Assembly (NCBI GenBank): GCA_002718035.1
Contig: PBCX01000008.1
Coordinates: 27,824-91,823 of the forward strand
DNA from: Flavobacteriales bacterium
GTDB lineage: Bacteria; Bacteroidota; Bacteroidia; Flavobacteriales; TMED113
DNA length: 64,000 nucleotides
Reading direction: 5' to 3'
How positions within the stretch are numbered: position 1 is the stretch's first letter; each line of letters opens with the position of its first letter. Shown here piece after piece: positions 31,158-41,516 of the stretch. A model generated the notes under the pieces. The model ran no database searches and was not told the DNA's origin. It saw nothing but the letters and a program-made list of their open reading frames with translations. A program made the position numbers and the translations under genes.

Positions 31158-33512
31158 TTATTTTATAAAAAGTTTTTTGGTTTGAATTAATTCTTTTTCA
31201 TCGTTGATTTGAATTAAATAAATACCGGTTTTTATATCATCAATATTTAGATAGTTCTTTTTTTCGGTTAATAAAAATGATTTTATTGATTGTCCAGTTA
31301 GAGAAAATATATTGACATTAAGTTTTCTATTAGTAGACTGTTCAATGAAAATAAACCCAGAACTTGGATTTGGAAAAATTTTAAAATAATCAATTAGAGT
31401 TTTTTCTTCATTTTCCAAATTAAAGTTTTCTCCAAAAAAAAGCTCTAAGCCTCCACTTGCATTACCTCTTATTAAATCAGGTTTCCCGTCATTATTTATA
31501 TCATTTATTGCGATTGATGAGTGAACGCAATTAATATTATTCAAAATATTATCTGAATATGAGTTGTAAACTCCAAATAAGTCATTTTCAATATTGTTGA
31601 AAAGATGAACTTTACCACTTTCAGTTCCAACAGCTAGATGATAATTATTTTGATATTCAAAGACATGAGGAGTAGTATATGCAGTTGTGTATACAGGGTT
31701 CATTAAATTTATTCCTCCCAAACTACTAACATCATTGTTATTAATTAAATTTTCAAATATTGGGGTATTGTCTGAAAAAATTGGAATATTATTATTTAAA
31801 CCAGTGTTTTCAAAATAATTTATACCATTATAAATACCATCATCAATTCCAGATCTTTCACCTATTATTAAGTCTAAAAGCCCATCCCTATTTAAATCAA
31901 TTAGCTGTGGAGTTGCATAACTACCAACATCAATACCAGTATAAGTAAGATCATTTAAATTATTAATATCATTTGGATAAATTGGATATGGTTCGTTGGA
32001 GTTTGTTTCAGAATTTAATGCATAAATTATGTATACTTTTCCGCTTGCATCACCAAAAACAAGGTCAATATCACCATCTAAATCAATATCTCCAAATGTA
32101 GGATGAATACTTTCAATAGTGGGGATTTCTCCAATTTGAGAAAGATTTCCTAAATTATTATTTATTGAGTAATTGTAATTTTTTGAGAATATCGGCTGAT
32201 TTTCTGTTCCAATATTTTTATAAAATGATAATTTTGAGTTATAATTAGCCTGCTCATAATAGCCTTTGTTGCCAATAATAAGATCTAATAAGCCATCATT
32301 ATCAAGATCAAATAATATGGGTTTTGAGTTACTTCCCACGTCTATCATTTTATCAGAAAAAAAATTATTTTGAATATATTCAAACTGGATCATGTTATCT
32401 CCATTTTCAGACCAAAATAATTCGTCACTTAGATTAGAAATGTTTTTATAATAAAGACAGTTATTTTTATTTTCAGAAATATTAACTCCATTTGGGCTTA
32501 TTAGTAAATCCTTAAGACCATCTTTATTAACATCTAAATAAAAGCTACCCGGAAATAAAGGGAGGTTTACAGGTAAATCGTAGTTTGGAAAATTAGTATC
32601 TTGATCAATCATAAATGCTTGGTTGGGCTCACCTCCGTTTAAAACCATTACTAAATTGGAGTAGGAGATGTCCCCTAGTAGAACTTCTAAACTATTTGTT
32701 TCAGTATTTTGGGGATTTAAATCTAAAGCGAGAATTGTTGAACCTGCATGAACTCTCATTTGATCAGGCTCTGTTTGTTGACAATTATTATCTAAGTTAA
32801 GAGTTAAGCTGTTATCAGTAAAATTTTCTTGAAATTTACCCCAACAATTATCAGTTCTATATAAATCAATTGTGTTACAACTATTATATAGTTCCATTGA
32901 TTTATTTTGATGAAAATAAATATTCGTTCCCTCGGGATTAAAGGACAAAATATCAATATCACAATCATTATCCACATCAATAATTGCGGGTAAGTCAACA
33001 GGGCTAACATACAAGTTAGTTGGTCCAAACCCAGCATCAGAATCCAACATTTTTGTAAATTCGAAAGATAGTGAATCAACTGAATTATTGGTAAATAAAG
33101 CAATACTATTATTGATACTGGTAAAAATATCTTCTTTTCCATCTTGATTGTAATCAACTAACAAAACCCAGTTTTTCAATCCAGTTGGAAAGTTATTGAT
33201 ATATTCAGGAGAATATATATAATCTTGAACTATTTGATTGTAAATCAACGGAATAATTTTATTTCCATTTTGATTTCCATTTTTACCTGACCTGTCAAAA
33301 ATAAAAATGTCTTTTTCACCATCTAAATTAATGTCTATTTCAGAGAATTGACAAAAGTTCATACCCCCAGACCAAGCATTTAATAAATTTGAATCACTTT
33401 GATCATTTATAACTTGAATGTCATTGCTTTGAATAAAACTGATTTGAGCAAAAAGATCAGTTAAGATAAAAAATGTAAAACATGTAGCTATTAAATTATT
33501 GAAATTCATCAT
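31158..33512 (-). CDS. FG-GAP/VCBS-repeat secreted protein with T9SS type A C-terminal sorting domain
   Basis: 784 aa with a signal peptide. Repeated DxDxDGxxD(L/I) calcium-type FG-GAP loops (DINLDGEKDI, DLDNDGLLDL, DIDLDGDIDL, DINNDGKPDL). C-terminus FKIFPNPSSGFIFIE...GIYLIQI. Confidence 0.85.
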   Translation of the reverse strand: MMNFNNLIATCFTFFILTDLFAQISFIQSNDIQVINDQSDSNLLNAWSGGMNFCQFSEIDINLDGEKDIFIFDRSGKNGNQNGNKIIPLIYNQIVQDYIYSPEYINNFPTGLKNWVLLVDYNQDGKEDIFTSINNSIALFTNNSVDSLSFEFTKMLDSDAGFGPTNLYVSPVDLPAIIDVDNDCDIDILSFNPEGTNIYFHQNKSMELYNSCNTIDLYRTDNCWGKFQENFTDNSLTLNLDNNCQQTEPDQMRVHAGSTILALDLNPQNTETNSLEVLLGDISYSNLVMVLNGGEPNQAFMIDQDTNFPNYDLPVNLPLFPGSFYLDVNKDGLKDLLISPNGVNISENKNNCLYYKNISNLSDELFWSENGDNMIQFEYIQNNFFSDKMIDVGSNSKPILFDLDNDGLLDLIIGNKGYYEQANYNSKLSFYKNIGTENQPIFSKNYNYSINNNLGNLSQIGEIPTIESIHPTFGDIDLDGDIDLVFGDASGKVYIIYALNSETNSNEPYPIYPNDINNLNDLTYTGIDVGSYATPQLIDLNRDGLLDLIIGERSGIDDGIYNGINYFENTGLNNNIPIFSDNTPIFENLINNNDVSSLGGINLMNPVYTTAYTTPHVFEYQNNYHLAVGTESGKVHLFNNIENDLFGVYNSYSDNILNNINCVHSSIAINDINNDGKPDLIRGNASGGLELFFGENFNLENEEKTLIDYFKIFPNPSSGFIFIEQSTNRKLNVNIFSLTGQSIKSFLLTEKKNYLNIDDIKTGIYLIQINDEKELIQTKKLFIK

Positions 33513-33606
33513 TATTCAAAGATACGATAATTGATTTTAAATTATTTTACTCATAACATTGACACTATTTTCTCATATAATACTAAGTTATTTTAAATTT
33601 TAATCA

Positions 33607-33614
33607 TATATTTG
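33607..33614 (+). promoter_or_regulatory. Candidate -7 promoter box TATATTTG upstream of secDF
   Basis: Exact TAnnTTTG match 25 nt before the secDF ATG (33639). Confidence 0.35.
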
Positions 33615-33638
33615 CGTTCATTTTAAACAAAAAATAAG

Positions 33639-36600
33639 ATGGAAGATAAAAAATTTAGGACTTTTGTAAGAGGTGTGCTTATATGTTTTATTATAGGTTT
33701 TATTTACTCATTATCATTCTCTTATGCCACTTACTCACTAGAGAAAAAGGCAATTGAGACAAATTCAATTAATTCAAAAGAGGCTTTATCTGCCTTGTAC
33801 AACAATGCAAATAACATTAAAGAAATTAGAGTTGAAAATGATTCATTGATTTTATCTCCATCAAAGAGTGAAAATGGAGAGATTGATGATGATAGAAGTA
33901 AGTTTTTCCCATTAAGTTTTCTATGGCTAGATAAATACTCTTATAAAGATGCGAAACAAAATTCTTTAAATCTTGGTTTGGATCTAAAGGGAGGTATGAG
34001 CGTTTTACTTGAGATATCTCAAAGAAATATACTTGAAAGCTTGTCTTCAGTATCAAAAAATGGAAAACTAGGAAAAATTTTCAATAATGCATTAGATAAT
34101 TCTGATATAGTCTATAAAGGTAATACACAAGATACTTACCTTAATATTTTCCGTAATGAATTCAATAATTTATTGTTAAAAGATAGTATTCAAGATGTTA
34201 GTTTATTCTCAATTTTTGAAAGTGAGGATTCATTTGATTTTGATAGAAATTCTATGTCATCTTCAGATCTTGAAAATGAAGTTGTTAAATATTTAGATTT
34301 AAAAATATCTGATTACATTGGAAAAACATTTGAAACTATAAAAAGAAGAATTGATCAATTTGGATTAGCTAATCCTACAGTAAAAAGAATTGAGTCTTCT
34401 GAAAGAATATTAGTTGAGCTTCCAGGTATGACTGATGAAGAGATGGTTAAGGAATATTTGTCTAAAACAGCAAGTTTAGAATTTTGGAAGACTAAAAAGA
34501 ACTCTGAATTTTCATTTCTTTTAAGTGACTCAGCTTTTATTTCATTTGCAAATATTCCAAATGTATCTCCTGGAATTTCTGATCAAGATGCGCCAGATAT
34601 TTATTCTCTTAATTCACCAATTATTGCTAATATTAATGATACAGAAAAAGATAGAAAAATTGCAAAAGATTATTTTGAAAGTAAATTGTCTGATGGTGTC
34701 ATTGGTTCTGATGTTGTCTTTTATTTTACAAACAATCCGGCCATCAGTAATGATGCTACAGGAAAAAAAATAGATAATTATGATAATTACATTCAGTTAA
34801 TTGCATTGGAAAAAAGTAATGATTATGGAGATTTTAATGGTCCAGTATTACTTGGTAAAGAAGTTAATAATGCAAGGGATGGTTTTGATGAAAGGTCTGG
34901 TGGTGTTACCATAAGTATGAATATGACTCCAACGGGAGCTAAGAGATGGGCTCAAATTACTGAAAATGAGATAGGAAATGAAATAGCAATTGTTTTAGAT
35001 GAGATTGTATACACTTACCCTACAATTAATGAAAAAATACCCACTGGCTCATCTGTAATATCTGGTAACTTTGAGGTGAGAGAGGCTAAGGATATAGCTA
35101 GTATACTTAATGCTGGTCAACTTGACGCTAAAGTCAATATCGCAGGCTCTGAATATGTAGGTCCTTCTTTAGGACAAAAATCTATTGATTCTGGGGCTAA
35201 GTCATTTTTAATGGCTTTAGTTTTTGTACTTATTTACATGATTTTTTATTATTTCCACGCAGGTGTTGCTTCAAATCTTGCTTTAGTAATTAACATGTTT
35301 TTTATTTTTGGTGCATTAGCTGCTTTTAATGCTACATTAACTCTTCCTGGGATTGCAGGTATTGTATTAACTATTGGTATGGCGGTCGATGCAAATGTGT
35401 TAATTTACGAAAGGATCAAAGAGGAATTATCACAACAAAAAGGTTTAGCGCTTGCTGTACGCGATGGTTATAAAAATGCTTATTCAGCAATTATTGATGC
35501 AAATTTAACAACTCTACTGACTGCAGTAGTATTATTTTATTTTGGTTCTGGTCCTATTAAAGGATTTGCAACTACGTTAATAATTGGAATATTAACTTCT
35601 TTATTTTGTGCTATTTTCATTACAAGATTGGTATTTGAATCAAGGTTGGTGAAAAAGAAAAAAATATTTTTTTCCAACAGACTTACTACTAATTTATTTA
35701 GAAACACTACGATTTCTTTTATCAAGCGAAGAAAAATAGCATATGTATTTTCATTGACTTTTATTCTTGTAGGAATATTCTTTTTACAAACTAAGGGATT
35801 AAATAAGGGAGTTGATTTACAAGGTGGGAGGGAGTATGTATATAAAGTCGACTATCCAGAATTAAATACTGTTGAAATTAGAAATATTTTGGGTGAAAAA
35901 TTTGTAGAAGATAATGTGAATAAATTTCCTGAAGTTAAAACATATGGAAATTTTGGTCAAACTAATCAAATTAAGATAACTACTAATTTTAAAATTTCTG
36001 AGGAGGGGTCTGACAGCTTAGTTGTTACAATGATTGAAAGTCAACTTGCTAAGTACGCTGGAAGTAAAGAAAAAATTGAAAAGATATCTACTCAAAAAGT
36101 AGGTGCTACTATAGCAGATGATGTTAAAAGATCTGCCTACTTTGCGATATTATTTTCATTGATAATTATATTTTTATATATCCTTCTAAGATTTAGAAAA
36201 TGGCAGTTTAGTCTTGGAGCAGTTGCAGCACTATTTCATGATGTACTGATATTGCTTTCTATTTTTTCTATTTTTAGTGGTATTCTCCCTATTTCCCTTG
36301 AAATTGATCAGGCATTTATAGCTGCTGTATTAACAGTTATTGGATACTCATTAAACGACACTGTTGTTGTATTTGACAGGGTAAGAGAATTTCAGACTAC
36401 AAAAGTTGGAGAATTTAAAGACATAATAAATAGTGCGCTGAATAGTACCCTAAGTAGAACAATAAACACTTCATTAACTACCATAGTAGTATTACTTATC
36501 ATTTTCTTTTTTGGGGGGGAGGTAATTAGAGGCTTTATGTTTGCTCTAATTATTGGAGTAATTGTTGGAACCTATTCTTCGTTATTTATTGCTACTCCAA

Positions 36601-36641
36601 TAATGCTTGATACTTCAAGTAAAATTGAAAAAAAAAGCTGA
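33639..36641 (+). CDS. secDF: Protein translocase subunit SecDF (fused)
   Basis: 1000 aa. Large periplasmic domain, then two six-TM SecD/SecF blocks (GIAGIVLTIGMAVDANVLIYERIKEE; VIGYSLNDTVVVFDRVRE). Confidence 0.95.
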   Translation: MEDKKFRTFVRGVLICFIIGFIYSLSFSYATYSLEKKAIETNSINSKEALSALYNNANNIKEIRVENDSLILSPSKSENGEIDDDRSKFFPLSFLWLDKYSYKDAKQNSLNLGLDLKGGMSVLLEISQRNILESLSSVSKNGKLGKIFNNALDNSDIVYKGNTQDTYLNIFRNEFNNLLLKDSIQDVSLFSIFESEDSFDFDRNSMSSSDLENEVVKYLDLKISDYIGKTFETIKRRIDQFGLANPTVKRIESSERILVELPGMTDEEMVKEYLSKTASLEFWKTKKNSEFSFLLSDSAFISFANIPNVSPGISDQDAPDIYSLNSPIIANINDTEKDRKIAKDYFESKLSDGVIGSDVVFYFTNNPAISNDATGKKIDNYDNYIQLIALEKSNDYGDFNGPVLLGKEVNNARDGFDERSGGVTISMNMTPTGAKRWAQITENEIGNEIAIVLDEIVYTYPTINEKIPTGSSVISGNFEVREAKDIASILNAGQLDAKVNIAGSEYVGPSLGQKSIDSGAKSFLMALVFVLIYMIFYYFHAGVASNLALVINMFFIFGALAAFNATLTLPGIAGIVLTIGMAVDANVLIYERIKEELSQQKGLALAVRDGYKNAYSAIIDANLTTLLTAVVLFYFGSGPIKGFATTLIIGILTSLFCAIFITRLVFESRLVKKKKIFFSNRLTTNLFRNTTISFIKRRKIAYVFSLTFILVGIFFLQTKGLNKGVDLQGGREYVYKVDYPELNTVEIRNILGEKFVEDNVNKFPEVKTYGNFGQTNQIKITTNFKISEEGSDSLVVTMIESQLAKYAGSKEKIEKISTQKVGATIADDVKRSAYFAILFSLIIIFLYILLRFRKWQFSLGAVAALFHDVLILLSIFSIFSGILPISLEIDQAFIAAVLTVIGYSLNDTVVVFDRVREFQTTKVGEFKDIINSALNSTLSRTINTSLTTIVVLLIIFFFGGEVIRGFMFALIIGVIVGTYSSLFIATPIMLDTSSKIEKKS

Positions 36642-36651
36642 TTGTTAAACC

Positions 36652-36846
36652 ATGAATATTCTTTTATTACTAAATCTAGGGGTTGGTGAGATTGCTTTTG
36701 TTTTAATTATGTATTTAATTTTTTTTGGTTCAAAAAATATACCTTCTTTAGCAAAAGATCTTGGTAGTTCAATCCGAAAGGTAAAAGATGCTTCAAATAG
36801 TGTCAAAAAAGAAATCAAAGATTCTATTTTGAACTCTGATGATTAA
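36652..36846 (+). CDS. tatA: Twin-arginine translocase TatA/E family protein
   Basis: 64 aa. TM helix followed by FGSKNIPSLAKDLGSSIRKVKDA (TatA hinge and amphipathic helix). Lies 10 nt after secDF. Confidence 0.8.
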   Translation: MNILLLLNLGVGEIAFVLIMYLIFFGSKNIPSLAKDLGSSIRKVKDASNSVKKEIKDSILNSDD

Positions 36847-36955
36847 TTAAAATTGTTAATAACTCTTTAATTAAGGTTAGTAAAAAGATTTATCTAAAAT
36901 TTTTTTTATTTAAAAAGATAATATATTTATCTGTACTAAATTACATATTTACATT

Positions 36956-37960
36956 ATGACAGCATTTAAATTTGAATATATTTGGTTAGACGGGTATAGT
37001 CCGGAACCGAACTTAAGAAGTAAAACTAAAATACTTCATTTTGAAGAATATAATGGAGAACTTGATAAGTTACCAGACTGGTCTTTTGATGGTAGCTCTA
37101 CCCTCCAAGCTGAAGGTCATAAATCTGATTGTGTTATTAAACCGGTAAGAGTATACACTGATCCGACTAGGATAAACGCTTATTTAGTTATGACAGAGGT
37201 TATGAATATGGATGGTACTCCCCACTCAACTAATACTCGCTCTACTATAAAGGAAGATAATGATGAATTTTGGTTTGGTTTTGAACAAGAATATACAATG
37301 ATGGATGGCGCTAGACCATTAGGTTTCCCAAAGCAAGGCTTTCCAGCCCCTCAAGGTATGTACTACTGTTCTGTGGGCAATAAAAATGTAGCAGGTAGAT
37401 CAATTGTCGAGGAACACTTAGATATCTGCTTAGAAGCTTGTTTATCAATTACAGGTATTAATGCTGAGGTTTTATTAGGTCAATGGGAATATCAATGTTT
37501 TGGAAAGGGAGCGAAAAAGTCAGCAGATGATTTATGGATAAGTAGATTTTTATTATATCGTCTCACGGAAGAATATGGTCTTGGGGTTGAGCTACATCCT
37601 AAACCTGTTGAAGGTGATTGGAATGGATCAGGAATGCATGTCAACTTTTCATCAAAACAAATGAGAGAAGTTGGAGGAGAAGAAATGTTTAAAAATATTT
37701 GTGAAGCTTTTAGAAAATATCATAAAGAACATATTGAAGTTTATGGTTCTAATAATGACATGAGATTAACTGGGCTACATGAAACACAAAATATTGAGAC
37801 ATTTTCTTACGGTTACAGTGACAGAGGGGCCAGTATAAGAATTCCTGTATGTGTCAGTAAAACTGGGAAAGGATATTTAGAAGATAGAAGGCCTGCTTCA
37901 AATGCCGATCCATATAAAGTTGTAGGCAGAATGTTGGATACTTTAAGGACAGTTTCTTAA
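36956..37960 (+). CDS. glnII: Glutamine synthetase, type II (short, eukaryote-like form)
   Basis: 334 aa. N-terminus FEYIWLDG...LRSKTK, plus FGFEQEYT, GQWEYQ, GSGMHVNFS and LEDRRPASNADPY. Confidence 0.88.
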   Translation: MTAFKFEYIWLDGYSPEPNLRSKTKILHFEEYNGELDKLPDWSFDGSSTLQAEGHKSDCVIKPVRVYTDPTRINAYLVMTEVMNMDGTPHSTNTRSTIKEDNDEFWFGFEQEYTMMDGARPLGFPKQGFPAPQGMYYCSVGNKNVAGRSIVEEHLDICLEACLSITGINAEVLLGQWEYQCFGKGAKKSADDLWISRFLLYRLTEEYGLGVELHPKPVEGDWNGSGMHVNFSSKQMREVGGEEMFKNICEAFRKYHKEHIEVYGSNNDMRLTGLHETQNIETFSYGYSDRGASIRIPVCVSKTGKGYLEDRRPASNADPYKVVGRMLDTLRTVS

Positions 37961-38023
37961 ACCTTAGCTTGGGTTTATTAAATTATTATTAAATTTACAA
38001 CTCTTTATTAAAAAAAATATATC

Positions 38024-40300
38024 ATGATAGTTAGGAATTTATTAACTGTGCTTTTTTTATTTATTGGTTTTTCTTTCTGTAATTCTCAGGGAAGTACATA
38101 TACAAAAGCCGAAAAAGCATTTCAAAATAAACAATTCAACAAGGCTAAAGAATTGTATCAACGTGCTTATGAAAGGTCTAGTGATAGATCTGAAAAAACT
38201 AAAATTAGTTTTCAAATGGCAAACTGTGCTAGGCTAATGGGGAAATTTAAAGTTGCTGAAAGTTATTACAAGAGAACAATTAAATTAAGATATTTTGAAA
38301 TGTTTTCTGACCCGTCAGTTTTTTATTATTTAGGGCTATGTTATAAGGGCCAGGGTAAGTACAATGAAGCAATTTCTTATTTTGAAAATTACAAGCTTAA
38401 AAAGGGTGCAGATGTAAATATGGCTAATAGCGCTATTCAAGGTTGTCAAATGTCAAAAGAATGGATTTCAGAAGGCAGCAGATATCGTGTCCTAAATGTT
38501 CAAAAACTAAACTCTAGATACAATGATTTTTCTCCAGCATTTGGTGATAAAAAAAATAAATTTCTTTTTTTCTCTTCATCCAGAGAAGAGGCAGTTGGTA
38601 AAAAGATAGATAAATCTACTAATGAGGATTACGTTGATATATTTTACTCCTTTGATTACACAGAGCAAAAAAGAAAAATTGATAAAAAAAGAAAGAAAAA
38701 AATCGATCCAAAAGATCATATGCCTATTTGGCTTCCCCCAACAAATGATTTAGAAGAGAGTCTGGAGGCGCTGGAAGAAAAATATGATGATGTTAAATTT
38801 GGTTTTGGTTTAGAAGAAATTAATAAAAGAGATTCTGACGAAGCCACTGTTTGTTTTACGAAGGGTGGTAAAAGAATGTATTTTTCTCAATCCACAGAAG
38901 TTAAAAATAAATATAACTCTAAAAGAATATATTCTGTAGAGTTTAAAAGTGGCTCATTTGGTGAGCCCGTAGAGGAAAAGATTCCTGTTGATGTAAACTC
39001 AGCTGGTGAACCAATTGATGTTCAACATCCTGCAGTTTCCGCTGATGGTAAAACTTTGTATTTTGTTGCTGAAATGGATGGTGGTTTTGGTGGATATGAT
39101 ATATATAGATGTACTTATGATAGAAGAAAAAAGGCATGGGGAGAACCAATTAACTTAAATGAATTGGGAGTAAATATTAATACTTCTGGGGATGAAAAAT
39201 TTCCATACATCAGTAAAACTGGTGCTTTATTCTTTTCATCAACTGGTCACGTAGGAATGGGAGGTTTAGATATTTACAAGTCAGAATCAACTGATAATGG
39301 TTTTTCTCACCCTGTTAATATGAGGTATCCAATTAATACACCATATGATGATTTTGGTATTGTGTTTGAAGATGAAACAGAAATTAAAGGATATATATCA
39401 TCTAATAGAAAGGGTAAAAAGTGGAAACCAAGAGGTGGTGATGATATTTATTTAGTTGATTTGCAGTTAATATTTACTGAGTTAAAAGGAACGGTTAAAG
39501 ACAATGAGTCGGGTGATCCATTGTCTAATGTAACAGTTACATTAACCGGTCCAAATTCTAATTATACCACTATTACAAATGGTAATGGGGAATACTATAT
39601 TGGTATAGAAAATTTTAAAGAAAATCAAGATTATCAAATTCAGTTTAATAAAGAATGGTATTTTACACAAAGAGATACAACTGTTAGTACTGATTATGAA
39701 AACATGGATAAATCTAAATTTCTAGTATTAGATGATGGTAATTTATTAGACACAGTGTATAGCAGAGATGTGAACTTTGTAAGTAGTAAAAGGCCTATGA
39801 TTTTAAAAAGTGTTGAATTTGATGTTAATAAGTTTGATCTTAGACCAGAAGGAATGGAAGAGTTAGATTCATTAGCAGATTTACTAACTCATGATTATCC
39901 AAATCATGTAATTGAATTAAGATCTCATACTGATTTTAGAGGATCTCAAGACATCAATGTACCTCTTTCGCAAAATAGAGCACAAAGCTGTGTTGATTAT
40001 TTAGTAGAAAAAGGAGTTTCAGCTGATCGTTTAGTAGCTTTAGGAATGTCTGATTCTGAGCCAAAAATTTTAAACACTGAAATTAATGGACTACCGTCAG
40101 GAGCTTTAGATAAAGCATATATTAATTCTTTAAAATCTAATAGACTAGTTGAAGCAGCTCATCAATTTAATAGAAGAACAGATTTTAAAATAATTTCTGA
40201 AAATTTTGAAGAGTGGTTTGAAGAAAATAAAAAAATTGAATCTCCAATAAAAAATGGACTTATTGATTCGGATGGTAATTTGATTGATCTCGATGAATAA
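38024..40300 (+). CDS. OmpA-family outer-membrane/peptidoglycan-associated protein with TPR, TolB-like beta-propeller and CarboxypepD_reg-like regions
   Basis: 758 aa with a signal peptide. TPR-like N-terminus and repeated ...PA.S.DGKTLYF... type blades. C-terminal OmpA_C segment ELRSHTDFRGSQDINVPLSQNRAQSCVDYLVEKGV. Confidence 0.8.
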   Translation: MIVRNLLTVLFLFIGFSFCNSQGSTYTKAEKAFQNKQFNKAKELYQRAYERSSDRSEKTKISFQMANCARLMGKFKVAESYYKRTIKLRYFEMFSDPSVFYYLGLCYKGQGKYNEAISYFENYKLKKGADVNMANSAIQGCQMSKEWISEGSRYRVLNVQKLNSRYNDFSPAFGDKKNKFLFFSSSREEAVGKKIDKSTNEDYVDIFYSFDYTEQKRKIDKKRKKKIDPKDHMPIWLPPTNDLEESLEALEEKYDDVKFGFGLEEINKRDSDEATVCFTKGGKRMYFSQSTEVKNKYNSKRIYSVEFKSGSFGEPVEEKIPVDVNSAGEPIDVQHPAVSADGKTLYFVAEMDGGFGGYDIYRCTYDRRKKAWGEPINLNELGVNINTSGDEKFPYISKTGALFFSSTGHVGMGGLDIYKSESTDNGFSHPVNMRYPINTPYDDFGIVFEDETEIKGYISSNRKGKKWKPRGGDDIYLVDLQLIFTELKGTVKDNESGDPLSNVTVTLTGPNSNYTTITNGNGEYYIGIENFKENQDYQIQFNKEWYFTQRDTTVSTDYENMDKSKFLVLDDGNLLDTVYSRDVNFVSSKRPMILKSVEFDVNKFDLRPEGMEELDSLADLLTHDYPNHVIELRSHTDFRGSQDINVPLSQNRAQSCVDYLVEKGVSADRLVALGMSDSEPKILNTEINGLPSGALDKAYINSLKSNRLVEAAHQFNRRTDFKIISENFEEWFEENKKIESPIKNGLIDSDGNLIDLDE

Positions 40301-40356
40301 TATTTCTGTTTAGTTTTTTTAGATTCTTTTATTGAAGAATAAACAATCTTTTAATT

Positions 40357-41514
40357 ATGGACACGTACAATAGTAGAGGTGTTTCTTCAAGGAAAGAGGA
40401 TGTACACGAAGCAATAAAAAATCTTGACAAAGGACTATTTCCTAATGCCTTCTGCAAAATATTACCCGATATAGTAGCGAAAGACCCTCTGTATTGTAAT
40501 ATTATGCATTCTGACACAGCTGGAACTAAAACATCTTTGGCCTATGTTTATTGGAAAGAAACCGGTGATATTTCAGTGTGGAAAGGAATTGTACAGGATT
40601 CTTTGGTTATGAATATAGATGATTTAGCTTGTGTAGGAGCAATAAATAATTTAGTTATTTCATCTACAATTGGTAGAAATAAAAATATTATCCCAGGCAC
40701 CGTTATTAAGTCTCTTATAAATGGAACTCAAGAATTTTTGAATGAAATCAAATCTCTTGGTCTAGATATACATTTGGCTGGTGGTGAGACAGCAGATGTA
40801 GGTGATATTGTTAGAACGTTGGATGTGGGTTTTACAATATTTTCTAGAATGAAAAAAAAAGAAGTGATTGATATTAACATCCAAGAAGGAAATGTTATTG
40901 TTGGACTCTCTTCAACTGGACAATCTTCGTATGAAACTGAATATAATAGTGGCATTGGAAGTAATGGCTTGACATCTGCAAGGCATGATATTTTTGCAAA
41001 TTATTTAGCAAAAAAATATCCTGAAAGCTTTAACCCGTTAATACCAGAAAATTTAGTTTACAGTGGATCAAAGAATTTAACTGATCTATTTGTTAATAAT
41101 TTATCTTATGGTAAAATGGCCCTATCTCCAACGAGAACTTATTTGCCCGTATTAAAATCTATATTTTTAAATTGCGATAAATCAAAAATTAATGGAATCA
41201 TCCATTGTACAGGTGGTGGGCAAACAAAAGTTTTACATTTTATTAACAGAATTCATGTTGTGAAAGATAATTTATTTGATACACCAGAAATTTTCAATTT
41301 AATTGCTAAAGAATCAAAAACCAGTTATTCAGAAATGTACAGTGTTTTTAACATGGGACACAGGATGGAATTTTACACTGATAAAAATACTGCTAAAGAA
41401 ATTATTCAAATTGCTCAATCTTTAAATATTGAAGCTAAGATTATTGGTGAATGCTTTTCATCTCCTGAAAAAAAACTAACCATAAAATCTCATCATGGAG
41501 AATTTACATATTAA
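40357..41514 (+). CDS. purM: AIR synthase-family protein (Bacteroidota-type phosphoribosylformylglycinamidine cyclo-ligase)
   Basis: 385 aa. N-terminus [32 protein letters not shown]..., with PurM-type N and C domains. Confidence 0.75.
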   Translation: MDTYNSRGVSSRKEDVHEAIKNLDKGLFPNAFCKILPDIVAKDPLYCNIMHSDTAGTKTSLAYVYWKETGDISVWKGIVQDSLVMNIDDLACVGAINNLVISSTIGRNKNIIPGTVIKSLINGTQEFLNEIKSLGLDIHLAGGETADVGDIVRTLDVGFTIFSRMKKKEVIDINIQEGNVIVGLSSTGQSSYETEYNSGIGSNGLTSARHDIFANYLAKKYPESFNPLIPENLVYSGSKNLTDLFVNNLSYGKMALSPTRTYLPVLKSIFLNCDKSKINGIIHCTGGGQTKVLHFINRIHVVKDNLFDTPEIFNLIAKESKTSYSEMYSVFNMGHRMEFYTDKNTAKEIIQIAQSLNIEAKIIGECFSSPEKKLTIKSHHGEFTY

Positions 41515-41516
41515 TT

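Noticed and set aside
32804-33157. 117-aa minus-strand ORF inside the FG-GAP gene (alternative frame)
   Set aside because: It is fully embedded in the 784-aa FG-GAP/T9SS gene, whose repeat structure and CTD validate the main frame. The embedded frame has no independent support.
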